From: a virus
Virus record (IMG/VR): IMGVR_UViG_3300045988_109352
Length of the DNA stretch: 64,000 nucleotides
Reading direction: 5' to 3' (one strand)
The notes below the pieces were generated by a model that was given only the letters and a program-made list of their open reading frames with translations, was not told the DNA's origin and did no database searches. Positions 41,748-52,200 of this stretch are shown here, piece by piece. Each line of letters begins with the position of its first letter. Within the stretch, counting starts at the first letter, position 1. The position numbers were made by a program, and so were the translations under genes.

Positions 41748-42155
41748 ATGGGAAATACTTCATTTGATGTATATGACAATATACCAGAAGAAATGCGGAC
41801 GTATCTTCAAAACTATGGCTTTAATTTCAGTGAAAAAATGTGTGATTGGGCAGTTTCAATGATGAAGACTAAAGAGGGTAAGATAACTCCTATTACTAAA
41901 GACCAAGTTACAGCCATGCTTAAAAAGTATAACATTACTCTTGAAAAGGATAATGGCTATAATAGTGTGTATGTTGCGAATATGGCAAAAGCTCATTATT
42001 TGGGCAAAAGCATTCCCAACGAACAATACCATGCAACATTCATTCGCGATTATATTGACGACCCGGATTACCCTACAACGGAGAAAGCTTTCCGTCATTT
42101 CTTCGCAGACATGATGGGCATGGGAAAAGTAATTAATTGGAAGGATATGCTCTAA
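41748..42155 (+). CDS. hypothetical protein
   Basis: 135-aa ORF. Confidence 0.5.
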   Translation: MGNTSFDVYDNIPEEMRTYLQNYGFNFSEKMCDWAVSMMKTKEGKITPITKDQVTAMLKKYNITLEKDNGYNSVYVANMAKAHYLGKSIPNEQYHATFIRDYIDDPDYPTTEKAFRHFFADMMGMGKVINWKDML

Positions 42156-42166
42156 ATATTCCTTTT

Positions 42167-42631
42167 ATGAAACGACAAGAGCTTTATATCGAAAAATATG
42201 ATTGGCATATATTGCTGTTCTTGGACTACAGTTGTGATTATTTGGATGAAGTCTTGGATGCAATGGATAAGTTGAAATGTGGCAGTAAAAGTTATGATAT
42301 TGCTTATGACAACTTGTCCTCTTGCAGCATAAATACTGGGCTTACATTCAGTGACTACATCAGTAGGACATCTGTCATTGTAATTAGTATAACCAACTCT
42401 GAAAAAGAGTTTCTTAAATCATATCACCATGAATTGGGACATTGTGCCGTTCATATCTGCCAATTCTACGGTATTCCATTAGAAGGGGAAGAAGTACAGT
42501 ATTTAGGTCAAGATTTGGTAGATAGGACATGGGACATAGCTAAGATTTTCTTATGTGATTGTGACTGTTGTAAAAATAAAAGAAATGAAAAGAAAAGAGA
42601 TTTTGAAGGCAATGAAAGCCATGAAAAGTGA
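42167..42631 (+). CDS. putative HExxH metallopeptidase (ImmA/IrrE-like)
   Basis: YHHELGHCAVH. Confidence 0.4.
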   Translation: MKRQELYIEKYDWHILLFLDYSCDYLDEVLDAMDKLKCGSKSYDIAYDNLSSCSINTGLTFSDYISRTSVIVISITNSEKEFLKSYHHELGHCAVHICQFYGIPLEGEEVQYLGQDLVDRTWDIAKIFLCDCDCCKNKRNEKKRDFEGNESHEK

Positions 42632-42770
42632 GAAACCGATTAATTCCATGTATAGAATGATACCTAAGTCACGCATGGACGAGTTTAAACGCTTCGCAGC
42701 TATCTTTGGATTTACTGAGGAGAATATAGAGAATATCTTGTCGAAGGAAAAAGAAATGGTGGGCAAGTAA
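42585..42770 (+). CDS. hypothetical protein
   Basis: ATG at 42585; overlaps the previous gene. Confidence 0.35.
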   Translation: MKRKEILKAMKAMKSEKPINSMYRMIPKSRMDEFKRFAAIFGFTEENIENILSKEKEMVGK

Positions 42771-42795
42771 CCCACCACAACTTTGCATTTGAGAG

Positions 42796-43194
42796 CTAAG
42801 TAGGCTTCTTCAAGCTTACCATACTTTTAACTATCATCCATTTATCTCGGTAAAAGCTGTTGGATGATATAAGTTCCTGCATGTTTGATATTCCTTGGTA
42901 TATACTACTTGTAACAAATATAGCATCATCAATAGATACTTCTTGTGCTATTGTTTCATAGTCTTTTTTACAGACTTCTCTTAATACATACCAATAGAAC
43001 CATCTTGCATAAACTATATCTTTACTTCTGTCTTTAGAAAGCATATCAGCCCTATCTACACCGAATAGGCTGGCGACAAAATATGACAATGAAATTTCCC
43101 AATTCATATCATATTTCCTAAGAATGTCACACACTTCTTTGAGTGTCTTGTCTTTCATATTGATAAAATCGTTTTTAAGTTTTTGGCAATTCAT
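42796..43194 (-). CDS. DnaA C-terminal-domain-like HTH protein
   Basis: SKDRSKDIVYARWFYWYVLREVCKKDYETIAQEV. Confidence 0.4.
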   Translation of the reverse strand: MNCQKLKNDFINMKDKTLKEVCDILRKYDMNWEISLSYFVASLFGVDRADMLSKDRSKDIVYARWFYWYVLREVCKKDYETIAQEVSIDDAIFVTSSIYQGISNMQELISSNSFYRDKWMIVKSMVSLKKPT

Positions 43195-43612
43195 GGTTTT
43201 TCTCTTTCATTATTTGGTTAATTCTCTTTATCAAGGGTTGTTCAGTAGTTCTGCTTACAATCATACATAAGGATTTCATCTCTTTTGTTTCCCAGCTTGC
43301 AAGTAGTTCAAACCGAAAGGATGCAAGGTAAAAATATCCCTTATATGAAACGTTTGGAAAAGGTTTTCCCGTATAAAAAGCATTGCATTCTATAAATGGT
43401 CGAGGTTTAATGTCATTAAATGTACAAGTCTTTTCATCAAACACCTTCTCTATGGCTCTTTGCACACAGATAAATGGTTTTCCCTTATCATCTTTCCAAA
43501 AAGTAGCATTTACATCAAAGTGAATACCTTCTACATTCAGCCAGCCAGCTAATCCTTTCGTAGTATTCTTGACATAACCTTTATTTCTCTGATTTCTCCA
43601 CTCCATAGCCAT
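43175..43612 (-). CDS. hypothetical protein
   Basis: 145-aa ORF. Confidence 0.5.
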   Translation of the reverse strand: MAMEWRNQRNKGYVKNTTKGLAGWLNVEGIHFDVNATFWKDDKGKPFICVQRAIEKVFDEKTCTFNDIKPRPFIECNAFYTGKPFPNVSYKGYFYLASFRFELLASWETKEMKSLCMIVSRTTEQPLIKRINQIMKEKNHELPKT

Positions 43613-44321
43613 ACAAACTAAAATCTAACCTTGCAGGGTCAGAAGGAAATATTTTTTTTGCAAATTCAGTCACTTTTATGCAAGTCTTTCTTGATTCATC
43701 TACTTTAGGAATAATCCCAAATTCGACTGCCGACTGCAAAGAATGTGTATCACAAGGAACAAGAAGTCGAGAAGGTGATAGAGTTTTCCATAATCCAATA
43801 TCAACTACACTATCCTTCCTTATCATCCATCTAAGCATCATATTTACTCTTTTATTTGCACAATTACTGTTTGGACTGGGTATCATTGTTTCACCATGCA
43901 ATAAATGGCACAGTCCTTGGCAATAGTATGTGCATTTCTGAGAATAAGTAACACGTCCAAGAGCGTCTTCAAGATTAGGGTACTTCATATAAATGGAATG
44001 AAGTTTATCACAAAGGGAAGCAAAGCAATGCCAAGAAGTCATACGGTATAAGCTCGTATAATTATCCTTGTATTTATTCCATTCCACGCCATATATATAC
44101 TGAAAAGGCTTATTCCCCATTATCTCTGTAAGAATATAGTCTATTTTTGGAATGAATACCGAGCGCCTGCCATAAGCAAGCCAAGCTGCTATGACTGCCG
44201 CTACTTCGATGTCTTTTCTATCCTTAAATCTTCGTGGAAATTGTATAGGGTCAGACTTGATAAAACTCTCTACCTCATACTTTTCTGCAAGGTCAATGTA
44301 ATCTCTAAACTTCATATTCAT
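43581..44321 (-). CDS. DUF2400 / TIGR02757-like protein
   Basis: SDPIQFPRRFKDRKDIEVAAVIAAWLAYGRR and VPCDTH patterns, as I recall for that family. Confidence 0.45.
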   Translation of the reverse strand: MNMKFRDYIDLAEKYEVESFIKSDPIQFPRRFKDRKDIEVAAVIAAWLAYGRRSVFIPKIDYILTEIMGNKPFQYIYGVEWNKYKDNYTSLYRMTSWHCFASLCDKLHSIYMKYPNLEDALGRVTYSQKCTYYCQGLCHLLHGETMIPSPNSNCANKRVNMMLRWMIRKDSVVDIGLWKTLSPSRLLVPCDTHSLQSAVEFGIIPKVDESRKTCIKVTEFAKKIFPSDPARLDFSLYGYGVEKSEK

Positions 44322-44347
44322 ATCAATTTGTTATGTGCAAAAGTGAA

Positions 44348-45553
44348 CTACCCACGAACTAAAGATTCGTGGGCTTCCGACTTCACAGAGGAATGCCCTT
44401 TCAAAAGATTAGGTCTTCTATCCTCTCCATCGGTGTAATCGGCAGTCCCTGCCGATATATTATTTAATCCTAATTTTAGGATATTGATAGCAGCATTTAC
44501 ATCTCTATTATGATGTGTACCGCAAGATGGGCAACCCCATTCTCTTACTTTCAAGTCTTTTATTTCGCTATTACGATAGCCACAAACATTACAAAGCTGA
44601 GAGGATGGAAAAAACCTATCAATCTTAACTACATTTCTACCATTCCAATTAGCCTTATATGTTAGCATAGTGACGAATGTCCCCCAACTTGCATCAGTAA
44701 TTGATTTAGCAAGTTTATGGTTTCGTACCATACCTTTTACATTAAGGTCTTCAATACAAATGGTATCGTAGTTAGAGATTAGAGAATGAGAACACTTATG
44801 CAAGTAGTCCATACGGCAAGCAGAAATCTTCTCGTGAAGTTTGGCGACTTTGAGCCTTTGGTTTTCGTACTCATTACTGCCTTTCTTTTTTCTTGAGAGG
44901 TGTTTCTGTGCTACTGCAAGTTTCTTCTCATATCTCTTTGTGTATCTATTATTCTTGAATACTTCACCATCAGATGTTATCAGTAGGTCTTTCAAACCTA
45001 AATCTACACCAACTGCTTTATTAGCAGGTGCAAGTTCTTGATACTCCTCTATTGTGAATACTGATACAAAATACTTTCCTGTTGGAGTTTTAGTTAGACT
45101 AACTTTGCCCATCTTACCTTTGATTTCTCTATGCAGACGGATAGTTATACCACTCTTGAATTTAGGTAGCCACAACTTACTATCTTCAATAGTTGCAAAT
45201 TGGGGTACGGTAAATGTATTCTTACCTTTCTTTGAGTGATAGTTAGGGAACTTCGCTCTCTTTTGGAAGAAATTAGTGTATGCAGTTTCAAGATTACGCA
45301 AAGCAAATTGAAGTGTTTGAGAGTTTACTTCTTTAAGCCAAGCGGTTTCTTCTTTTTTCTTTAATTCAGTTAAAGCCTTTGCCTGAGCATAGTAGTTATC
45401 ACTCTCTCCTTCCTCTTTATATTGCTCTTGCCTTTGATTAAGGAAATAGTTATAGACAAAGCGAGTACAGCCGAAGTGCTTCGCCAACAATTCCATTTGG
45501 GAAGCATTTGGATATATCCTAAATCTGTATGTTCTATTTATCGTCTTAATCAT
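44348..45553 (-). CDS. tnpB: RNA-guided endonuclease TnpB
   Basis: ATG at 45553 ([16 protein letters not shown]...). Motifs [22 protein letters not shown]...CPSCG and [10 protein letters not shown]. Confidence 0.9.
   Translation of the reverse strand: MIKTINRTYRFRIYPNASQMELLAKHFGCTRFVYNYFLNQRQEQYKEEGESDNYYAQAKALTELKKKEETAWLKEVNSQTLQFALRNLETAYTNFFQKRAKFPNYHSKKGKNTFTVPQFATIEDSKLWLPKFKSGITIRLHREIKGKMGKVSLTKTPTGKYFVSVFTIEEYQELAPANKAVGVDLGLKDLLITSDGEVFKNNRYTKRYEKKLAVAQKHLSRKKKGSNEYENQRLKVAKLHEKISACRMDYLHKCSHSLISNYDTICIEDLNVKGMVRNHKLAKSITDASWGTFVTMLTYKANWNGRNVVKIDRFFPSSQLCNVCGYRNSEIKDLKVREWGCPSCGTHHNRDVNAAINILKLGLNNISAGTADYTDGEDRRPNLLKGHSSVKSEAHESLVRG
44351..44373. repeat. subterminal hairpin, right end of the IS
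   Basis: CCCACGAA-CTAAAGA-TTCGTGGG. Same loop and stem ends as the hairpin at 46047. Confidence 0.75.
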
Positions 45554-45595
45554 AGTGCAAATATACATATAAGTATTTACAAAAACAAGAAATGT

Positions 45596-45627
45596 TTTGT
45601 AAAAGTGAAATATTTTCGTTAATTTTG
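45596..45627 (+). promoter_or_regulatory. Bacteroidota-type promoter for tnpA
   Basis: TTTG (45596-99), 20 nt, then TAATTTTG (45620-27). ATG at 45632. Confidence 0.55.
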
Positions 45628-45631
45628 TAGT

Positions 45632-46036
45632 ATGAGGAGTGATTATGAGCATAGTAACCGACACAAATATTACTTGAAGTGTCATTTGATATTCTGTATT
45701 AAGTACAGAAAGAAGTTGCTCGTAGGCAAATTCAATGATACTATCAAATGTATTTTAAAGGGTATCGCAGAAAAGTCTGATTTTGATATTGAAATAATGG
45801 AGTCAGACAAAGACCACATCCATTTTCTCATCAACTATCCACCGAACATATCAGTAACATCTATTGTTAGAAAACTCAAGCAAGAGAGTACGATATTCGC
45901 TTGGAAACTATTTGAGAGTAAGTTGAGAAAAGAGTTTTGGGTTGAACGCACATTATGGAGTGATGGATATTTCTGTTGCTCAATAGGAGAAGCAAGTCCA
46001 GAAACAATTAGGAAATATATTGAACAACAAGGTTAG
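45632..46036 (+). CDS. tnpA: IS200/IS605-family Y1 (HUH) transposase TnpA
   Basis: [10 protein letters not shown] (HUH), [14 protein letters not shown] and [26 protein letters not shown] (catalytic Tyr region). Confidence 0.9.
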   Translation: MRSDYEHSNRHKYYLKCHLIFCIKYRKKLLVGKFNDTIKCILKGIAEKSDFDIEIMESDKDHIHFLINYPPNISVTSIVRKLKQESTIFAWKLFESKLRKEFWVERTLWSDGYFCCSIGEASPETIRKYIEQQG

Positions 46037-46046
46037 TGCCTTACAT

Positions 46047-46069
46047 CCCATAGGCTAAAGACCTATGGG
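46047..46069. repeat. subterminal hairpin, left end of the IS
   Basis: CCCATAGG-CTAAAGA-CCTATGGG. Confidence 0.75.
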
Positions 46070-46271
46070 TTTTCGGCACTTAAATATAAATGGATATAGT
46101 CAATGGGTAAGTAACTGTTTTAAAGATTATTATGTAATACAATACGAACGTTTAATACCCGTATTATGGCGAGGTATTCAGCAAGTAGATAATGAGGTAG
46201 CTACCCTCAAAAAGAAGATAGCTACCTTAGAAAAAGAACTTAGTTCTGTAAAGAGGCAACTAAGCCTTTAA
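46065..46271 (+). pseudogene. orphan C-terminal fragment resembling a tail-fiber intramolecular chaperone (peptidase S74) tail
   Basis: YYVIQYERLIPVLWRGIQQVDNEVATLKKKIATLEKEL resembles S74 domain ends (..Y..LIPLLI.AIQEL plus a coiled coil). The annotated start lies in the IS hairpin. No upstream part is present. Confidence 0.4.
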
Positions 46272-49200
46272 GCCTATTAATCTCTGATTTAGCATGTTCC
46301 AATTCCTTTCTCATTCGTTCTTGCTCTGATTCAACAAGACGGATAGAAAGGATATTGGCTTGCACAGAACCAATGATTGTTGCGATAAGGTCGGGAGATA
46401 AATAATTCAAGCTACCATATCCATATTCATCCTTTTCGTGACAGAAATTTGTGATACCAGCTTTCACCGCATTTTGATATACAAGTCCGGTATGACGTTT
46501 ATTGTCTATCCTATCTTGGTATAAATCCAATGCTTTTTTGTTATAATTATAGTCATAAACTCTGCCAAGTTTTAGTAGTCTTTCTCGGTAATCTATAAGC
46601 CCATCGTAATTCTCTTTTAATCTAAAGTCAGAAGTAGCTTTAGCGGTGATTGCAGCCGTAGCAGTAATACTTCCAGTAAAAGCCCATGTGATACCATCAT
46701 ATTGCATAACATACGATTTATTTGTAGCACTTGTCGGATTAGCAGTACCTCTCCACCAATACCAAGACCCGTTTGAATGACAGCCAAGTCCCATTGTATA
46801 ATTACCTCCAACGATTTCAATACTATCATCGCTCGTATTTGAGAACCTTGCTCCTACATTAAAAGAATTAGCACCACTTCCAGTTATTCCCGTACTATTT
46901 ATCCAACCATGCAGGGTGCAATCTCCAAATTCCATATTTGCCCAAGATGAACCGCTTCCTGCCCGCCAATGCCATTTTTTAGGAACAGACCTACCGCCAT
47001 AACTTGCACCTCTATAATTAACATGAAAATCAGTGCCTCCAGCTATAATAATCTCATTTCCACCGCTTGAAAGTTCCAAATAAGAACCATTTTGGGTTAT
47101 AGTAGATGGATTCATATAAAGACCAGAATCAGCATAGACCCAAGATTGAATATACGCATCTATAAATCTATTGTTAAATGAACCTATTCTGTAATTATTA
47201 TTGCTTAACGGAAAGATATTACCAGAATACATTCCACCATTAAAAGTTGCAGCCCCTCCAAAAGTACTTGTAGAACTTATGTCGAGATTATAACTATAAA
47301 CACACTTCCATCTTAAATCAGTAGTTCCCGAAGTTATTGAATTACTAAGATGGGGCTTTATATTTTGATAATATGTATCTTCAATAAAAGATACATATGT
47401 AATTCCTCCTTGTGTTAGTGTTGTACTAAGACTACTATTAATCTCAGAGTTATTAATAACTTCTGCATTATTTCCATTTGCCTTAGTTTTATATTTTATA
47501 CGGTATGGCAAAGTGATAGTTGATAATCCTCCTGCAATAGTTGAACGAATAACCCCTCTAAAATAATAACTATCCATTCTATTATCCCGATATGGGATTT
47601 CAATACAATAATACCAAATGTCATTATACTTACATTTTTTTAATACATATTGATTAGATAAAAAAGAGCTTATTGATTTTATATTCCAAAGAGTAGTATT
47701 ATAAATAGTCGAAATCTTCACATCAACCCAAAAGCATTGATTACCTCCATTTGTATATCCAGATATAGTACCATCTATAGTATTAAGACCGCCTAAATTA
47801 GTTGTAGCAGGAATAGGTAACAACAGCAATACTTCATAGCTATAACTTCCTACACCACCCCAAACTCTATGTTGAAAATGTTCATCTCCACATAGAAGCG
47901 AAAACTCTCCATTTAATCCAATTATATTTTTATTTACTACTAATTCGGTTGATATAGTAGATGTATTGTTGTCCCATTTTTGCCACGGATTTGAATAAAG
48001 TCCAGCATAAGCATAAGAAATAGATTGTCCAGAACCATAAAAACCAAATTTTACTGGGGTAGAAGTCTTATTTATATTAGCACCAAATCCTCTCTCCCAT
48101 CCTCCGGTTATAGAGCTACTAATATCTATATAAAATTCTCCCCATTGAGAAGATATACGTGCAGTTGTTTGCCCAGTACCTACGACTAAGTTTCCCGTCA
48201 TAGTATCACCAGCCTTTTTGACGTAGGTAGAATTTAGGATGCTACTGTAGTTCTCTGAATCAATGAGTTGTTTCCACGAACCAAAACTATATATATTATA
48301 GTCTTTATTGCGGTAATAAATATGTCCTTCTTTACCAGAAGAAAAATAAAGTTGAGGTTGCCAATGACTTGAAAGAGTACTACATATTTCCATGATATTA
48401 CCATAAGTCGTAGGCATCGTACTCCCTAAGCTATAAATATCAAAGAAGTTGACCCTACTACTTCCTGCTCTATTCGTATTATTTATATTATCTGCACTCG
48501 TATTTGCGACTTTGACACTTCCAGAAGCATAATTAGTGCTATTATTTGAATGTAGGATAGTCCAAGTATTATAGGTTAAGAAGTTATTCCCTATAATAAA
48601 ACTATATTTCCCAGCAGCATCATTCCAAACTTCTGTGCTTCCCAATGGATTTAAGAATATACGTTGTACAGTATTTTGATACCCAATTTCGGCAATTCTT
48701 GTATCTGATGCGGTATTATTCCAAATGATACCTCTTCTATAATTAGAAGTATCTGTTGCCATTCTAATAGAAAATTCAGCCGGATTTTTCAACTGTAATC
48801 TGCCAGTCATTTCATCGCCTGCCTTCTTCACATATACGCTGGATAAAGCGTTTATGTCTTTTTGAAGGGCATATGGGCTTCCATTTACACTTCGTACACT
48901 AATACTATCCCCTTTGCTTGCAATTGAACTGTTTACTTCTGAATTTACAACTGTACCAGTATTGGAAGTATAGTAATGCACTTTACTGAAATTAATGTTT
49001 AATTCTGAACCCATAAAGTACATACTAACAGCTTGTGTATTTGTATGTCTTAAAGCCCACCATTTTTCACCATTATATGTACAAGTTACTAAAGACCAAT
49101 CACTTCCTATTCCTGCTGTATCAAAATTGCCATAAAACTCATAATCAGAAGTAGACCATCTTGAAAAAAACAAGTCAATTTCTGCATATTGATAACGGGC

Positions 49201-52200
49201 AAGACCATTACTTTCGGTATATAATTTACCATTGATTCTATGTAACATATTTATTTGCGCATCTCTCCATAATAAAATAACAACCCATTGGAAATCCGAT
49301 TTATAACCTAAATATGTTATTTTAGATGGATTCAAATTTCCTGCGTGCCATATTTTATACCAAGTTCTGAAAGAACTTGCACCAACACCTCTAAAGTAAA
49401 AATCATCAGAATTATAGGCTGCTCTTAATTGGAATAACCTATTTGCCGCAGAACCAATGTTTAATACAGTATCATTAGCACCAGTAGTTCCATATGCAGT
49501 ACCATTTGCCTCCCATACAGATGTCTTAGATGCTGTAAATGTAGATACAGTATCTATCGCAGTAGAGGTTATTTGAGCATATCTCTCTAAATGGTTGGCG
49601 GTAGTAGCAATATTGCCTTTAGTTAATGTCAGTACTCGCGTACTATTGTCATAAGTAGCGTTGGTAAGGACATTTCCCGTTCCAGTAATAGTAGTGGAAG
49701 GGTAGTTTGGGAGCGTAATATACTTGCTTGTGTCTGGCGCATAAGTTTGGCTGTTAACTTTGATACCAGCAATGCCAGTACCTCCACCACCATTCTTTTC
49801 AAGTTCAGTAATTCTACTTGCCAACTTGTTGATAGTGTATGCATTGAAAGTATCTGATAATGTTGAATCAGCGAATGTGCCACCTAAACTTGAATATCCA
49901 TAAACGGTTTGGATAAGCCCACCGCCTCCTCCACCTCCACTACCAGAACTGATACCTTTTGCAGATACAGCACCGCTTGCGTAGAAGTTAACAGCCGAGC
50001 CATCTTCTTTGTAGACTTTAATAGCATTATTGGCACTATCCACTCCAATGCGATACCCAGTTGTTCCTATTTCGATGTAGTCGGAAACTGTCAATTTCTG
50101 CATTGGATATTGTGGTATCATGTAGCTAATAGTCTTCGGAGTTCCAGAACGATATACAATCTGGAATAGAGAAACATAGTCGCCAAGCTGATTTTCTTTG
50201 ATGATGAATGATTGTGGGTCAGCATGGAAAACACCATCAGTCCCCCACCATACAGCACCACTTGCAAGGTAGCCAGAGCCATCCATACGAATGATAGCCT
50301 TTGCTACATCTGATGGCATGTTTGCTTCTGTATAATCTGCTCTATCCTTCATAGAACCTCCATACCAAGAAGCAATACCTCCACCGACCTTAGTAGCATC
50401 ATAGACACCATTCATACCGGACATTACTTTAAATCCAGCTACCGGGTCAGTATATCCCAGCATGTTTAACGCATTCTGAATAACGCCACCTTCGATTGTG
50501 GTACTCTCTTTCCACGCTTTCTTTAGATATTCATAACCAGCCAAATCTTTTTTAACGGTATCTACTGCTGCCTTAGCTGCGTCACTGATGGCATTCAAAG
50601 CTGCCGTTCTTTGATTGTAGTATGCAGATTGCTTTGAAGCGAAGTCAGAAGGTATAGTTATATTTTCGGGAGTAGAAGCAGATAATGTAACCAACACTGC
50701 ACGATAATTGCTATGAGCATTCAGATAACCCGTAGGGCTACCCAATGAATACAAAGTATATCCTGCTGTAATATTTGTCTTGTCAGCGTCTATACGAACT
50801 ATTTCATCTTTGATTGATTGCTTTTCAGTAGGAGATATAACCCCATCTTCTGCCCACTTATCCAATCTTTGTTTAGCTGCTTCCGCTTCTGCTTTAGCTG
50901 CATCTGCCGCCTTTTGAGCCTCTTCCGCAGCTTTCTTCGCATCTTCTGCGGAAGTGTTTATTTTGTCTTGGATAAAGTTGTTGGCTGCATTCAAATAAGC
51001 TATAAAATCTCCATATTTGGTATTGAAGGTGTCGTACCTACCATCTACCAAAGCGACTTCCGTTGAGGTAGCTACTCCGTCAGCTATGGCATCATCAATA
51101 GCAGTAATAAGCTCGGTAGTTGCCACATTAAATCCATCATAAGCGGTTTTTAGTTCTACCTTAGCAGTACCGGACAATAAAGGATTAGCATAAACCTTAG
51201 AATAAGATTCCGCTACGCTCTTCTGTATTGATTTGATTGAGTTCAAATATTTCTCAATTGCGGCAGCTTCTTGTCTGTCAACAATACCGTCTTTAAAGGC
51301 TTCGTCTGTGAAGTCTTTCATATTGGTTACAGTCTGCTTTGCGTCATTGGCTTCTTTCTTAGCTTCTTCTGCTGCCTTTTGCGCTTTAGCTGCTTCAAGA
51401 TAAGCCTTTGAAGTGTCATTGTCTGCAATCTGCGTCCATCCCCATGTATCTCCCGTCTTTACCCATCTCCATGATTTTCCTGCATCGGGAGTAGTTTCAT
51501 CATCGACATATTCTTGGATATTGGTAAATACATCACCTTCATGCCGTTTTTTCAAAGCTTCTGTGTTCCAATCAACTGCTGGCTGATTAGTAAGAGTTGG
51601 TGTATATTCTCCGTACCAAGTTTCCTTTACTCCATCTATCTGGTCTTGAAAGCTGTTGAATGTTTCCTCAACGTCTTTGCCGGATTTAGTTACAAGTTTA
51701 CCTTTTATCTCAACACCAGTTACCGTATCAAACTTCATATAGCTGCTCTTATCTCTTGCTCCGATATAAGAGTTGCCATAGACGTTCATATAAGCGAGAT
51801 TTGTGGTCTTATCAACACCATAGGACACATACTCTTTGTTGAGGTATGAATAGCTGTTTATGCCAGCATATAAAGTCATACTTGGCGAGAAAGTGTCAAC
51901 TGCACTAAAGATAATTGCATTCTGTCTTGTCTTGTCCTCTACATGAGTAACACCATTTGCATCAACAAAGGTCTTATTACCTAATTGGCAAATGGTATCT
52001 CCTACTCGTGGTGCATCACTGGCTGCATCAGCATCAGTTTTTGAGATGTCAATGTAATTAGTTCCTACGTTTACGACTAAACGCCAGAAGTAATGATTTG
52101 ACACATTCTCATAAACTCCCTCCTTAATATTGAAGTCTTGTGCTAAAGCCATATCCCCAGCGCGGAAACGATTATCTAACGCTTCTGTACCATCATCTTG

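Larger units (their letters stand above)
44335..46090 (-). mobile_element. complete IS200/IS605-family element (IS605-like: divergent tnpA and tnpB)
   Basis: Y1 tnpA plus tnpB. Matching subterminal hairpins at both ends. Boundaries are approximate (about 10 and 19 nt outside the hairpins, by analogy with IS608). Confidence 0.8.

Noticed and set aside
46090-46424. A possible invertible tail-fiber tip: inverted 8-mer ATGGATAT (46090-97) / ATATCCAT (46417-24) next to the convergent orphan fiber tail.
   Set aside because: Only 8 nt match. The sites do not resemble Hin/Gin-type crossover sites. The only recombinase is 24 kb away, and the left site coincides with the IS boundary. An IS-associated truncation explains the orphan better.
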